64,000 bases of DNA from NCBI GenBank assembly GCA_964426735.1, contig CAYRRP010000003.1, forward strand, positions 13,378 to 77,377, in the 5' to 3' direction. The position numbers and the translations under genes were made by a program. Of this stretch, positions 21,005 through 31,019 are shown piece by piece. The stretch's first letter is position 1; every line of letters begins with the position of its first letter. The notes under the pieces are model-generated. The model was not told where the DNA came from and did not search any database. It saw only the letters and a list, made by a program, of their open reading frames with translations. Origin of the DNA: an uncultured Candidatus Saccharibacteria bacterium (GTDB lineage: Bacteria; Patescibacteriota; Minisyncoccia; Phycocordibacterales; DATDWN01).

Positions 21005-21550
21005 ATGCGTTACAGTATACTTCATCAATCTTTAACACAAAACACCATGAACAAACCAGTTTTTATACAACCACCAGGTTTTCTTGCTCGTCTTGGAGAC
21101 GTATTACTTACACCATTTATGTACCTGTTTTCCGGTACGTTCAAAGAAACACCTCAGCGTACACATGTATGGAACAGTATTCGGTTTTCAGATCAAGAGG
21201 TATCTCATTTTGATACTGAACAAATGGTACAGTGCGGTGGTATCTCTGGTGCAATACGTCAAGTTAATCAAATCCCAATATTCCACCTCCCTGTTCTCGG
21301 AGGATGGCGTGACTATGTAGTACTTGAACCCGTAAATTACAAATCTACCTGGAATATCGGGTGGAATATTTCTGGAACAACAGGAGCATCACGTTTTGTA
21401 TTACAAGGTCCTGTACGTATACTTGTAGGACCAAAAGCCATTTGTTTTTTTGGTATCAATACACAAACAGGAGAACAAATACCTATCAGGAAAATTGCAG
21501 TCGGTCGTATTGGAAAAGGTGGTGAATATGCACAAATTCCACTGTTATAA
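21005..21550 (+). CDS. hypothetical protein (181 aa)
   Basis: ORF only. No motif recognised. Confidence 0.35.
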   Translation: MRYSILHQSLTQNTMNKPVFIQPPGFLARLGDVLLTPFMYLFSGTFKETPQRTHVWNSIRFSDQEVSHFDTEQMVQCGGISGAIRQVNQIPIFHLPVLGGWRDYVVLEPVNYKSTWNIGWNISGTTGASRFVLQGPVRILVGPKAICFFGINTQTGEQIPIRKIAVGRIGKGGEYAQIPLL

Positions 21551-21551
21551 T

Positions 21552-22436
21552 CTACCCTTCAAACGCCTCCTCCAACTTTTTAATATCAAATTTCTTCATC
21601 TTCATAAATGCTTCGGTGACTCGAGCAATTTGTTCCTTTGTTCCAGAAGAAAGCATTTCTGTCATACGCACTGGCACCACTTGCCATGGCACGCCAAACT
21701 TATCATTCAACCACCCACACTGAACTTCTGCACCTCCATCGGTTAACTTTTCCCAATAATAATCAACTTCCTCTTGATCTTTACAATTCACCACAAAAGA
21801 GATCGCTTGATTGAATGTCAGTGGACTTTTTTTACCACTATCTAGTACTGCAAACCGTGTACCATCGAGCATAAAACCTGCGTGTTTTGTGTGAGCACGA
21901 TCGTCATCGACCGGCTCTGTACCATCATATGGTGTCACATAATCAACATGAGAATTTTTAAATATTCCTGTATAAAAATCGACAGCTTCTTTTGCCCTAC
22001 CACATACATCACCACAAAACATAAGTGTTGATACGATTTTTTCTTCTGGCTTTTTTCCATCCATACACAACACCTGCCACGATACACCATATTTATCTTG
22101 TCCCCAACCAAATTTTTGCGCAAAATCATATGAATCAAGAGGCATTAATTCTTTTCCCTCTTTGGTAATCTTTTGCCACAAATCATCCGCTTCATCAGTA
22201 GTATCGCAATTGATAATAAAAGAAATTGTTGGGTTAAACGGTAAATATGGACCCGTTGTCATAAGATCGAACTGTTGTCCATATATGTACATGCTTTTCA
22301 TCTGCACATGACCAGACGGTGTATTATCCAACTTACCATCACCTCCTCCAGTTACATCAGGAAAGATTGATGCATAATACGAAATAATCTGATCGATATC
22401 TTTTTCAAACCATAAAAATGGGACTATTGTTTTCAT
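21552..22436 (-). CDS. tandem VOC/PhnB-like (3-demethylubiquinone-9 3-methyltransferase-fold) protein
   Basis: Two repeats beginning PFLWFEKD / TLMFCGDV with conserved aromatic/Gly pattern of glyoxalase/PhnB-like domains. Confidence 0.6.
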   Translation of the reverse strand: MKTIVPFLWFEKDIDQIISYYASIFPDVTGGGDGKLDNTPSGHVQMKSMYIYGQQFDLMTTGPYLPFNPTISFIINCDTTDEADDLWQKITKEGKELMPLDSYDFAQKFGWGQDKYGVSWQVLCMDGKKPEEKIVSTLMFCGDVCGRAKEAVDFYTGIFKNSHVDYVTPYDGTEPVDDDRAHTKHAGFMLDGTRFAVLDSGKKSPLTFNQAISFVVNCKDQEEVDYYWEKLTDGGAEVQCGWLNDKFGVPWQVVPVRMTEMLSSGTKEQIARVTEAFMKMKKFDIKKLEEAFEG

Positions 22437-22593
22437 ACGATTAACTATATCAAAGAATGTTCTATTTGTTTAAAATCTATATTACTTCCACTCAACCTAT
22501 TATCTTTCAAAGATGTACCTACCGCACTTTTTTACACCTGAAAGACCTCATACCTGCTATACTTACACAGGTTATTTCTAACACCACACCACC

Positions 22594-23061
22594 ATGAAAA
22601 AAACAATGATCTTAATCGTACTACTTGTATTACTTGCTAGTGAAGGTTTTTACATCTTCAACACAAGAACCACTCCTCCTCCATCACTTCCACAGAACAT
22701 AACAACACTGACCTACACAGACACAACACACAACTTTAGTCTCGAACTACCTAAAGACTGGAAAGGATATACTCTAGTACCGGGAACTATACAATTTGGA
22801 GAAATAATCACTCTCCGTCATCCACTGTGGACCAAGGAGAATCCATACATGGACATCCCTATCCTTATATATCCAATCGCACAATGGCAAGTATGGGAGA
22901 AAAATAATTTTGAAGGCTACCCTACCGCAGCACCAATGGGTCCAACCGAGCGAGGAAGAAATGCAAAGTATGTATTTGCAACCGCTCCTCGATATAACTA
23001 CAGTTTTGCACCTGGTTGGGAGACAGTGGATACAATTGTTGAAAGCTTAAAAGGTTTCTAA
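22594..23061 (+). CDS. secreted hypothetical protein
   Basis: Signal peptide MKKTMILIVLLVLLASEG. No other motif. Confidence 0.4.
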   Translation: MKKTMILIVLLVLLASEGFYIFNTRTTPPPSLPQNITTLTYTDTTHNFSLELPKDWKGYTLVPGTIQFGEIITLRHPLWTKENPYMDIPILIYPIAQWQVWEKNNFEGYPTAAPMGPTERGRNAKYVFATAPRYNYSFAPGWETVDTIVESLKGF

Positions 23062-23127
23062 CCTATCCAATTTATATTAAAAAATGAAATCCCTTCCGTG
23101 CTCTGACCACGAAAGGGATTTTGAAAA

Positions 23128-23910
23128 CTATTTACGAACCAAATTGATGGATTCTAACAGGAAAGCTTTTGCCATCTCCTCGTCCATAGGATCAAGAGCG
23201 TTGCCACTAGGTCGAAGCCAGCTCTGAGCGTCGAAGCTCAGTTTTCGATATTTTCGGACCAGATCCTTAATTGGATCCAACCTTCCTGGACCAAGACCAC
23301 CAGCCACCACAACATCAAGCCACGGAAGTTGCCCGTAAATTTGCTCAATAAAAGGTTCAAGGAAACCAGGATGCAGCTTCTGCCCTGTCCCCATACTCAA
23401 ATCAAGAAGTACATGCGTCACAACCCCCTCGTAGGACCGAAGCCTACGAACAAGTTCGTGAGGATTATCGTTGATTTCCTTAAATGCATCTTTTCCCACC
23501 TGAAGGATCACCTCTAGATCGGTTTTAACAGACTCTCGAATTGCACCGGCAATCGCCTTCTCGTCTGGCCAAATCATGTCGAGTTGGAGTGCATTCATAC
23601 CCATACCACCGAAACCAATAGCTCTTTCCAAATCACATTGAATTGCAGGATCTTCGCGATAATCAGCATAGTGAAGACAGTTCATTGTCTCAGGGGATTG
23701 AAGGTAGAAAATATCCTTAATCTTCTCATTCTTTGGAACTGCACTTGTCCATTTACATGTAATTCCACGGAGAGTCTTATTCGTCATCATAACCCCAATA
23801 TGAAATCTTCGGTTAAGACCCAGTGGTTGGTTTCCGTACCAGAAGCTGAGCATACGCTCGACTTGATCTGGATTCATAAAATCATTCACTCCAATATAAG
23901 GAGTCGCCAT
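23128..23910 (-). CDS. TIM-barrel phosphate-binding enzyme, PRAI (TrpF)-like (uncertain)
   Basis: C-terminal VVVAGGLGPGRLDPI resembles the phosphate-binding AGGL segment of PRAI/ribulose-phosphate-binding barrels. Weak overall. Confidence 0.3.
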   Translation of the reverse strand: MATPYIGVNDFMNPDQVERMLSFWYGNQPLGLNRRFHIGVMMTNKTLRGITCKWTSAVPKNEKIKDIFYLQSPETMNCLHYADYREDPAIQCDLERAIGFGGMGMNALQLDMIWPDEKAIAGAIRESVKTDLEVILQVGKDAFKEINDNPHELVRRLRSYEGVVTHVLLDLSMGTGQKLHPGFLEPFIEQIYGQLPWLDVVVAGGLGPGRLDPIKDLVRKYRKLSFDAQSWLRPSGNALDPMDEEMAKAFLLESINLVRK

Positions 23911-23972
23911 CTAATTTTCACCTCTCTCTACCCTAGAGTCTACTTATTTTTTGACACAAGTCCAGATTGATT

Positions 23973-24635
23973 TCATTTCCAATCAATTTCAGGAAGATTG
24001 TGTTTCTTCAAGTATTCATTTGCCTTACTAAAGTGCCTACACCCAAAAAATCCACTGTACGCTGAAAATGGAGACGGATGTGCTGCTTCGAGTACGAGAT
24101 GTTTGCTGCGATCAATAATTTTTCCTTTTTCTTTTGCATAGTTTCCCCACAAAAGGAACACGAGATGTTCTTTTTGTTCTGAAAGTGCTTGTACTGCTTT
24201 GTCAGTAAAATTCTCCCACCCTACTTTCTGATGTGAACCTGGAGAGGATGCTCGCACTGTCAGTGTTGCATTAAGGAGAAGTACTCCCTGTGAAGCCCAA
24301 CGCGAAAGATCTCCATCACGAAGTGGAGTTACACCAATATCACTTTCAATTTCCTTGAAAATATTCTGGAGTGATGGAGGAAGTGGTATTCCCGTATGCA
24401 CAGCAAATGACAAGCCATTCGCCTGCCGTGCACCATGATACGGGTCTTGTCCGAGAACTACTACTTTCACCTCATCAAAAGGACACAAATCAAATGCACG
24501 AAAAATATCCTTTGGTGGTGGGTAAACTACAGACGAAGCGTATTCTTTTTTTACAAAAGCTGAAAGGGTTTTGAAATATGTTTTTTCTACTTCGTCCCTT
24601 AAAACCTTTTTCCACGATTCTTCTATTTTTAACAT
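23973..24635 (-). CDS. ung: uracil-DNA glycosylase family 1
   Basis: Water-activating loop VLGQDPYH, LLLN, and HPSPFSA His-loop. All canonical UNG motifs. Confidence 0.9.
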   Translation of the reverse strand: MLKIEESWKKVLRDEVEKTYFKTLSAFVKKEYASSVVYPPPKDIFRAFDLCPFDEVKVVVLGQDPYHGARQANGLSFAVHTGIPLPPSLQNIFKEIESDIGVTPLRDGDLSRWASQGVLLLNATLTVRASSPGSHQKVGWENFTDKAVQALSEQKEHLVFLLWGNYAKEKGKIIDRSKHLVLEAAHPSPFSAYSGFFGCRHFSKANEYLKKHNLPEIDWK

Positions 24636-24659
24636 AGTATTTCTGCTATATTATATCGT

Positions 24660-24917
24660 ATGAATATAAAAACAATTATTATTGTATGTATCCTTATTGC
24701 TCTTGTTGCCACTGGATATATCTTTTATCCTAAAAAACCCACAGTGAATCCTATCGTTCCAGGACGAAATGATGACAGCACCTTTTGTACCGCTGACGCA
24801 AAAGAATGTCCTGACGGATCATATGTGGGTCGCCAAGGACCAAACTGTGAATTCGCAGAATGTCCACCTGTAGTAAAAAAGAATCCTCCTGAACCAGGCA
24901 CACCAGAGCTTGAATAA
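24660..24917 (+). CDS. small membrane-anchored Cys-containing protein
   Basis: N-terminal TM (IIIVCILIALVATGYIFY) followed by Pro/Cys-rich ectodomain (4 Cys). Confidence 0.3.
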   Translation: MNIKTIIIVCILIALVATGYIFYPKKPTVNPIVPGRNDDSTFCTADAKECPDGSYVGRQGPNCEFAECPPVVKKNPPEPGTPELE

Positions 24918-24951
24918 CAATACACCACCGATACTATCGGTGGTGTATTGT

Positions 24952-25701
24952 TTACTTGCAATGTTCTACAAAGTAAATCATTGCCTCTCTCATAAACTCA
25001 GCCATGCGCGAATGGTATTTATTCAAGTTCTTTTTGAATCGCTCATCTGCGACATACATTTCTGCCAAACCTCGATACATCTCCAGATTTGGTTCGTAGA
25101 AGGTACGAAGTGAATTGTAGTGCTCTGCGATCATGGCTTGCACCTCTTTATCCTCAGGACCTTTTGGTATCAGGGTCGCGAGTTTTTTCATAAAGACATC
25201 GCCTTGTTCGGCAATTCTTTTATAATCTTCTTTAGTCCAGTTCTTGGTGCGTTCTTTAGATTGTTTCCAGGCATCAGTATTCCCCCATCGCTCTTTGGCT
25301 TCTGCTTCATAACTTTCCATCTCTTCTTTAGTGAGACCTCCATAGAGCTCCTCATCTTTCATTTCTTTTTTATCGTTCATAGATTTAATTGTTTTATCCA
25401 CCGTAGCTAATAATTTCTCGATTCTTTTTTTCTTGAGTGTGAACATATGTCTCTGATCCAACAGCGCTTTTTTTGGATCATAGGTTTTAGAGAGCATCAT
25501 CTTTTTAATATCTTCAAGACTAAACTCGAGCTCTTTGAAAAAGAGAATCTGCTGAAGCCGTACGAGCTCAGCTTTTGTGTAATATCGGTATCCATTCGAC
25601 TTTGTGAATGCAGGCGACAAAAGCCCGATTTCATCGTAGTAATGAAGTGTCCGGACAGAAACCGATGCTAATGTCGCTAATTGTTGAATGGTGTATACCA
25701 T
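24952..25701 (-). CDS. MerR-family transcriptional regulator with TipAS-like effector domain
   Basis: N-terminal MerR HTH (YTIQQLATLASVSVRTLHYYDEIGLL), coiled-coil linker, ~140-aa C-terminal TipAS-like domain. Confidence 0.8.
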   Translation of the reverse strand: MVYTIQQLATLASVSVRTLHYYDEIGLLSPAFTKSNGYRYYTKAELVRLQQILFFKELEFSLEDIKKMMLSKTYDPKKALLDQRHMFTLKKKRIEKLLATVDKTIKSMNDKKEMKDEELYGGLTKEEMESYEAEAKERWGNTDAWKQSKERTKNWTKEDYKRIAEQGDVFMKKLATLIPKGPEDKEVQAMIAEHYNSLRTFYEPNLEMYRGLAEMYVADERFKKNLNKYHSRMAEFMREAMIYFVEHCK

Positions 25702-25749
25702 AATCTTACTACTCTAGCATAAACTATGACGTAACGTAATAGTCAAGAG

Positions 25750-25859
25750 ACTAGCCTCTTCATATAGACCTTTTTGGAGCACGGATATTTTTCTGCTGAA
25801 AAATTCCTCAAGTCTCGGCTACCCGCCTTGCGAAGTCTCCAAAAAGCTCTACATGAAGA
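25750..25859. promoter_or_regulatory. 27-nt imperfect inverted repeat pair separated by ~56 nt in the merR-glycosylase divergent intergenic region
   Basis: AGCCTCTTCATATAGACCTTTTTGGAG ... CTCCAAAAAGCTCTACATGAAGAGGCT, with only 2 mismatches between arms. Confidence 0.35.
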
Positions 25860-25910
25860 GGCTTTCATACTCATTGATTTCCGTTATTAAGATAAGATAC
25901 ACTTCCCTGT

Positions 25911-26762
25911 ATGAACTTGGGTCAATTCAAAAAAACTATTTGGGACTATTATAAAAAGAATGGCCGGCACGATTTGCCGTGGCGTCCGCCTACACTAAAG
26001 TTTCTGCGCGATAAAAAAACACTCGATCCGTACAAGATTCTTATTTCAGAAGTCATGCTCCAACAAACTCAAGTACCGAGAGTGATCGAGAAATACAAAA
26101 GTTTTTTGAAAAAGTTTCCGACTGTGGAAGTGCTTGCAAAAGCATCACTCAAAGATGTACTCCTGGAGTGGCAAGGACTTGGGTACAATCGCCGGGCAAA
26201 GTATTTGAAACTCTGTGCAGAAAAAGTGGTTAATACTTTTAATGGAACATTTCCTAGGGATTTCAAAACACTTACTACTCTTCCAGGCATCGGTCCGGCA
26301 ACCGCAGGCGACATTCTCGCTTTTGCATACAACATTCCTGTCCCCGTCATCGAAACCAACATCCGCTCTGTATTCATCCACTTCTTTTTCCCCGAGGGTA
26401 CCCCTCGGGGAGTTCACGATCGTGATTTGTTACCAATTATTGAAAAGACACTACCAACTTTGCCCTATATCAGACACAGGGGCATTAGAGAATGGTACTG
26501 GGCACTTTTTGACTATGGCGCATTCCTGAAGCAGACTCGAAACCCGAATACCCAGAGCAAACACTATGTGAAGCAGTCCTCTTTCAAAGGATCAAACCGA
26601 GAGAAACGTTCGCAGATTTTAAAATTAATTTTGACGGGAGGAAAAAGTGAAAAAGAAATTATGAAAGCGCTCGGATACGAGAGTGACGTGGTGCAGAAAA
26701 ACCTAGAACAAATGCTAAAAGAAAATTTAATTAAAAAAGAGAAAGGTAAATTTTTTGTATAA
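25911..26762 (+). CDS. HhH-GPD base-excision glycosylase (MutY/Nth family)
   Basis: LISEVMLQQTQV, helix-hairpin-helix LPGIGPATAGDILAFAY with catalytic Asp region. No obvious C-terminal 4Cys cluster. Confidence 0.7.
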   Translation: MNLGQFKKTIWDYYKKNGRHDLPWRPPTLKFLRDKKTLDPYKILISEVMLQQTQVPRVIEKYKSFLKKFPTVEVLAKASLKDVLLEWQGLGYNRRAKYLKLCAEKVVNTFNGTFPRDFKTLTTLPGIGPATAGDILAFAYNIPVPVIETNIRSVFIHFFFPEGTPRGVHDRDLLPIIEKTLPTLPYIRHRGIREWYWALFDYGAFLKQTRNPNTQSKHYVKQSSFKGSNREKRSQILKLILTGGKSEKEIMKALGYESDVVQKNLEQMLKENLIKKEKGKFFV

Positions 26763-26960
26763 GAAAAGAGAACCATATTACAGGTTCTCCATTTTTTTAT
26801 CTCATATTTTTTATATCAGAATACAGACTATCGCCCTTCGCCAGCGCTTGCGCATCGGCGGCCGACCAGACAGGGTCGGCGACTGTGGTCTGCGTTCGCT
26901 TTCGCGACGCTCGCCCTACGTCGTTGACCGGACGTAGACGGTTGGGCTAAACTCTCTGGA

Positions 26961-27221
26961 CTAACGACTCTGACGAGTACGCATGGTCCACAGGGTCTTA
27001 CGTAAGGCTCTGCCCGTGAAGTCCCAAACTCGTTGAGGTTCGGAAGCAAACACGACCCAAAAAATCTCGTCACCGTCCGCATCGCGGCTGGTTAAACCCG
27101 ATTCTCTGGCAAGAGCCATAACGTCCTTCGCCTTTTCACCCCCTTCGACAACAACGACCTGATGGCCGTTGATTCCTTTATTTCTAGGGAAGGTTGCGAC
27201 TGGGCTATAGTCTGTATACAC
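26961..27221 (-). CDS. small GC-rich ORF P1 (86 aa, GTG start) with own promoter and SD
   Basis: Local GC much higher than flanks. Minus-sense upstream TTGACA-17-TAATAT then AAAGGAG 6 nt before GTG. Followed by ~170 nt GC-rich untranslated tail. Confidence 0.4.
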   Translation of the reverse strand: MYTDYSPVATFPRNKGINGHQVVVVEGGEKAKDVMALARESGLTSRDADGDEIFWVVFASEPQRVWDFTGRALRKTLWTMRTRQSR

Positions 27222-27275
27222 CTTGAACTCCTTTCTGTGATTAATATTAACATACTATATTTTTTTGTCAAGTAC
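27222..27275 (-). promoter_or_regulatory. sigma70-like promoter (TTGACA/TAATAT) plus SD AAAGGAG for P1
   Basis: Read on minus strand: GTACTTGACAAAAAAATATAGTATGTTAATATTAATCACAGAAAGGAGTTCAAG-GTG. Confidence 0.4.
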
Positions 27276-27315
27276 TTTTTTATACCACTATAAACCGCTA
27301 TACTGAGGGCTATAT

Positions 27316-29478
27316 ATGAACCCGCTTTCCCTCATCGAAAAAGAAATACGTGTACTCGATGCACACAGACGAGCTCTTCATAAGCTTGGCATACGTACCG
27401 TCGAAGATATGCTCTATCACTTCCCTGTGCGCTATGGCGACACGGCGGAAATCAAAAATATTCAAAGCCTCACTCCTGGCGAAGACGCAGTGGTGTTTGG
27501 AAGAATCTCAGGACTTAAAACAAGTAAAGCGTTTGTCAAAAAGACGCCGATGTCTGATGCTACACTTTCGGACGAAACAGGTCGTATCAAGATTGTATGG
27601 TTCAACCAACCATACATCGCAAAGATGCTCTCTGATGGGGCGATAGTGCGCGTCCAAGGAAAAGTAACGCTGCGAAAAAAAGATGAGAGTCTCTATTTTT
27701 CAAACCCGAAAATAGAGATTGCAAATAAAATACCGACAGGTGTCGGCTCAAGTCTTTTTGGTGCTGACGGAGAGGAACACAACCTCTACCCCGTATATCC
27801 CGAAAGCAAAGGAGTGACTTCAAACTGGATGTATCATGCAGTCGAGCGTATTTTTAAATCAGGCACCCTTGATCTGCTCCCTGACCCACTTCCGCAATAT
27901 CTCCTTGATACGTATCACCTCCCCGATCTTAAGACTGCGATGATTTGGATCCATGCTCCCAAAAAAGAGTCGGACGCGATAGCGGCGCGCAAGCGTTTTG
28001 CCTTTCAGGAAATATTTACGATCCACTTACGCAAAGAACAAGAAAAACTCACCTGGCAGAAAAACCAGGCGTTTGTGATAAACACCAACAAGAAAAAAGT
28101 TATGGAATTCATGAAAACATTTCCCTTTGAAGCAACTGACGCTCAGAAAAAAGCAATCGACACGGTACTTTCTGACTTTACTCGAGGCTTTCCGATGTCT
28201 CGCCTTCTCGAAGGAGATGTGGGTTCTGGGAAAACTGCAGTTGCAGCAGCGACTGTGTTTTCAGTCGTCACCTCTCGACCAAATGGAAAGGACTTCGGAA
28301 ATCTCCAGGTTGCCTACATGGCTCCGACTGAAATCCTTGCAAAGCAGCAGTTTGAAAACTTCATCGCTTTCTTTCGAGGCACCGGAATTCAAGTTGGTCT
28401 CATTACCGGAAGTGGTTGTAAAAAGTTTCCATCTAAAACCGATCCATCATCATCGACTTCAATTTCTAAAGCCCAGCTTTTGAAATGGATTAAGAATGGA
28501 GAGATACCTATCGTAGTCGGTACTCATGCGCTTGTCTACAAAAGTGTAGAGTTCAAACACCTTGCCTTTGCGGTGATCGACGAGCAACATCGCTTCGGAA
28601 CACTCCAGAGACAAAAGCTCACAACAAAAAATGATCTCGCACCCCACCTGCTTTCAATGACTGCAACTCCAATCCCTCGCACACTTTCCCTCACCCTCTA
28701 CGGTGATCTTGACCTTTCAATTCTTGATCAAATGCCAGTCGGACGAAAACCAATCATCAGCAAGATAGTGTTGCCACACGAGCGAACATCGACCTATGAA
28801 GAAATTAAAAAAGAACTTCGTGCAGGAAGACAACTTTATGTCATCTGTCCTCGTATCGAAGAAGTAGACCCGACCAAAGAAAATGCAGTGATAGCAAAGT
28901 CAGTGACTGAAGAAGCAAAACGTCTCAAAGCAGAAGTATTCCAGGATTGGAGTATTGGAATACTCCACAGCAAAATGACACCCGGCGATAAAGAAAAAGT
29001 GATGAGTGAATTTGCCGAACATAAAACAGATATTTTGGTTGCAACGTCGGTGGTGGAAGTGGGAGTTAATGTCCCAAATGCCACAATGATTATCATTGAA
29101 GGTGCAGAGCGTTTCGGACTTTCTCAACTTCATCAACTCCGTGGACGCGTGATCCGCTCAAACCACCAAGCATACTGTTATGTCTTTACTGAAAGCACCG
29201 GAGAAAAGACAAAAGAGCGTATGAAAGCGCTGGTTACCGCCAAAAATGGTTTCGAGCTCGCAGAGTTTGACCTCCAAGCACGTGGTGCAGGACAACTCTA
29301 CGGACAAAAACAATGGGGTGTTGGAGATTTGGCGATGGAAGCATTGCAAAATATTAAACTTGTGGAAGCGAGCCGTACTGAAGCACGAAAACTTGTGACT
29401 GATGACCCTGATTTAAAAAAATATCCCCTCCTCAAACAAATCATCGAGTCTGAAGTAGATAAAATACACTTTGAATAA
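27316..29478 (+). CDS. recG: ATP-dependent DNA helicase RecG
   Basis: N-terminal wedge domain, Walker A GDVGSGKT, DEQHRFG (DEQH box), helicase C motifs QLRGRVIR. Confidence 0.9.
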   Translation: MNPLSLIEKEIRVLDAHRRALHKLGIRTVEDMLYHFPVRYGDTAEIKNIQSLTPGEDAVVFGRISGLKTSKAFVKKTPMSDATLSDETGRIKIVWFNQPYIAKMLSDGAIVRVQGKVTLRKKDESLYFSNPKIEIANKIPTGVGSSLFGADGEEHNLYPVYPESKGVTSNWMYHAVERIFKSGTLDLLPDPLPQYLLDTYHLPDLKTAMIWIHAPKKESDAIAARKRFAFQEIFTIHLRKEQEKLTWQKNQAFVINTNKKKVMEFMKTFPFEATDAQKKAIDTVLSDFTRGFPMSRLLEGDVGSGKTAVAAATVFSVVTSRPNGKDFGNLQVAYMAPTEILAKQQFENFIAFFRGTGIQVGLITGSGCKKFPSKTDPSSSTSISKAQLLKWIKNGEIPIVVGTHALVYKSVEFKHLAFAVIDEQHRFGTLQRQKLTTKNDLAPHLLSMTATPIPRTLSLTLYGDLDLSILDQMPVGRKPIISKIVLPHERTSTYEEIKKELRAGRQLYVICPRIEEVDPTKENAVIAKSVTEEAKRLKAEVFQDWSIGILHSKMTPGDKEKVMSEFAEHKTDILVATSVVEVGVNVPNATMIIIEGAERFGLSQLHQLRGRVIRSNHQAYCYVFTESTGEKTKERMKALVTAKNGFELAEFDLQARGAGQLYGQKQWGVGDLAMEALQNIKLVEASRTEARKLVTDDPDLKKYPLLKQIIESEVDKIHFE

Positions 29479-29483
29479 ATAAG

Positions 29484-29516
29484 AAACCGCCGTGTCTGAA
29501 AAACTCGGCGGTTATA
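29484..29516 (+). terminator. intrinsic terminator AAACCGCCG-TGTCTGAAAAACT-CGGCGGTT
   Basis: GC stem right after the recG stop codon. Confidence 0.5.
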
Positions 29517-29551
29517 CAATCTAAAATCATTGATTGGTTGTTTAGTTCACA

Positions 29552-29896
29552 TTAGTTTACTGTAACTTTTTTAGCACCTTCGATAAAATTGAGTGCCTCA
29601 GCTATCATTTCCATGTCAAGCTCAAATCCAGGTATTTCACAATGAGCTTCGTTTAGATTCATAATGACTGTTTGCACTTCAGGTATAACTAACTCATCTG
29701 CATCTGGCAACAGAGATGCATCAATTTGAGAACGAAGTATTTTCGCATCTGCTGGTGTGATAACGGAATGCTTAAGTCCACTTTCAACCATATATCGTGC
29801 GTAAGGTTTAGACCAGACTACAAAATACTCACCTGTCGAGTTAGTAATCTTGGCAAAACGGCCACAAGATGAGACCTCTAATTTTGCTAATCCCAT
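29552..29896 (-). CDS. hypothetical protein (114 aa)
   Basis: ORF only. Confidence 0.35.
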   Translation of the reverse strand: MGLAKLEVSSCGRFAKITNSTGEYFVVWSKPYARYMVESGLKHSVITPADAKILRSQIDASLLPDADELVIPEVQTVIMNLNEAHCEIPGFELDMEMIAEALNFIEGAKKVTVN

Positions 29897-29926
29897 TTGA
29901 CATCTTCCTTTCCAAATTGAACACTA

Positions 29927-30817
29927 ATGTATTTTTTGAAAAAGCACAAGAGTATGATATACATATCATTCATGCATTTTAGAATTCTCAAAAAAATTGG
30001 ATTTGTTCTTTTAATTATCTTCGCACTTATCGGCGCAGGTTTTACAGGAATGTATTTTGCAATCAAATGGGGCTGGACAAATACTCGCGGAGCGATTGAT
30101 ATGCAACGTGATGCATTTCTTCAAAGCGGCAAAGCTCAGACTGCAAATGTTATCGGAGCTACTCCGGAAAAAAAATATTGGCAAACCACAGAAGAATGGT
30201 ACGTGTTGAAAAATGCACTCACGAAAGACAAAGCAGTCCTCTATAGAGCAGCGTCAGCGTCTGGTGTATCCCCTCGCCTTATCGCATCACAGCTTGTAGT
30301 AGAACAACTTCGCATGTTTAATTCAGATCGCGAATCATACAAAAAGTTTTTTTCACCACTAAAGATTCTTGGTAGCCAGACTCAATTCTCTTGGGGCGTT
30401 ATGGGTATCAAACGCGAGACAGCACTGGTGATAGAAAAAAATCTCAAAGACACCGCCTCTCCGTATTACCTCGGTGCACAATACGAACACCTCCTTGATT
30501 TCCATACAACAGATATAGAAAACGAACGATTTGCTTTTATGACAAATCAGCATGATCACTATGGAAGCTACCTCTACGCAGGATTGTACTTACGACAATT
30601 TATGCAGCAATGGAAATCTGCAGGTTTTGATATATCAAAACGAGTAGATATTTTAGCCACACTCTATAACATCGGGTTTAATGGATCAAAACCAAATGCG
30701 AACCCACAGTCAGGTGGCGCACAAATCACAATCGGCAACAGAACATATAGCTTTGGCTCTCTTGCTCAAGAGTTTTATGATTCAAATGAACTTTTGGATG
30801 AGTTTCCGAGAAACTAA
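29927..30817 (+). CDS. membrane-anchored hypothetical protein (296 aa)
   Basis: N-terminal TM helix (IGFVLLIIFALIGAGFTGMYFAI) and large C-terminal domain of unknown function. Confidence 0.35.
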   Translation: MYFLKKHKSMIYISFMHFRILKKIGFVLLIIFALIGAGFTGMYFAIKWGWTNTRGAIDMQRDAFLQSGKAQTANVIGATPEKKYWQTTEEWYVLKNALTKDKAVLYRAASASGVSPRLIASQLVVEQLRMFNSDRESYKKFFSPLKILGSQTQFSWGVMGIKRETALVIEKNLKDTASPYYLGAQYEHLLDFHTTDIENERFAFMTNQHDHYGSYLYAGLYLRQFMQQWKSAGFDISKRVDILATLYNIGFNGSKPNANPQSGGAQITIGNRTYSFGSLAQEFYDSNELLDEFPRN

Positions 30818-30835
30818 TTTAGTTTTGTGGTCACT

Positions 30836-30890
30836 CGAAAAATTCCTCGACCTGGACTCGAACCAGGGACCAATTTATTATGAAAATCTC
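30836..30890 (-). ncRNA. tRNA-like 3' fragment fused to partial copy (E) of the tRNA-linked element
   Basis: Minus-sense GATTTTCATAATAAATTGGTCCCTGGTTCGAGTCCAGGTCGAGGAATTTTTCGAGTGACCAC. Has a T-arm CCTGG-TTCGAGT-CCAGG, then GTCGAGG and GAATTTTTCGAGTGAC matching the element hairpin-3 sequence of copy B. Confidence 0.3.
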
Positions 30891-30894
30891 AGAG

Positions 30895-30966
30895 TCCACC
30901 CACCACGACTCGAACGTGGGACCCCCGAGGTATAAGCTCGATGCTCTAACCAACTGAGCTATGGGT
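30895..30966 (-). tRNA. tRNA-Ile (anticodon TAT)
   Basis: Reverse complement CCACCCATAGCTCAGTTGGTTAGAGCATCGAGCTTATACCTCGGGGGTCCCACGTTCGAGTCGTGGTGGGTGGA: acceptor CCACCCA/TGGGTGG, D-arm GCTC/GAGC, anticodon loop CTTATAC (UAU), T-arm CCACG-TTCGAGT-CGTGG. Confidence 0.65.
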
Positions 30967-31019
30967 GGACTCTATTATTTTCAAAACAAAATCTATATAA
31001 GCTCGAGTCACGAGTCAAA

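Noticed and set aside
26828-27082. Alternative ORF 26828..27082(-) overlapping P1
   Set aside because: Arg/Pro/Ala-rich translation typical of an out-of-frame read through GC-rich DNA. It has no SD.
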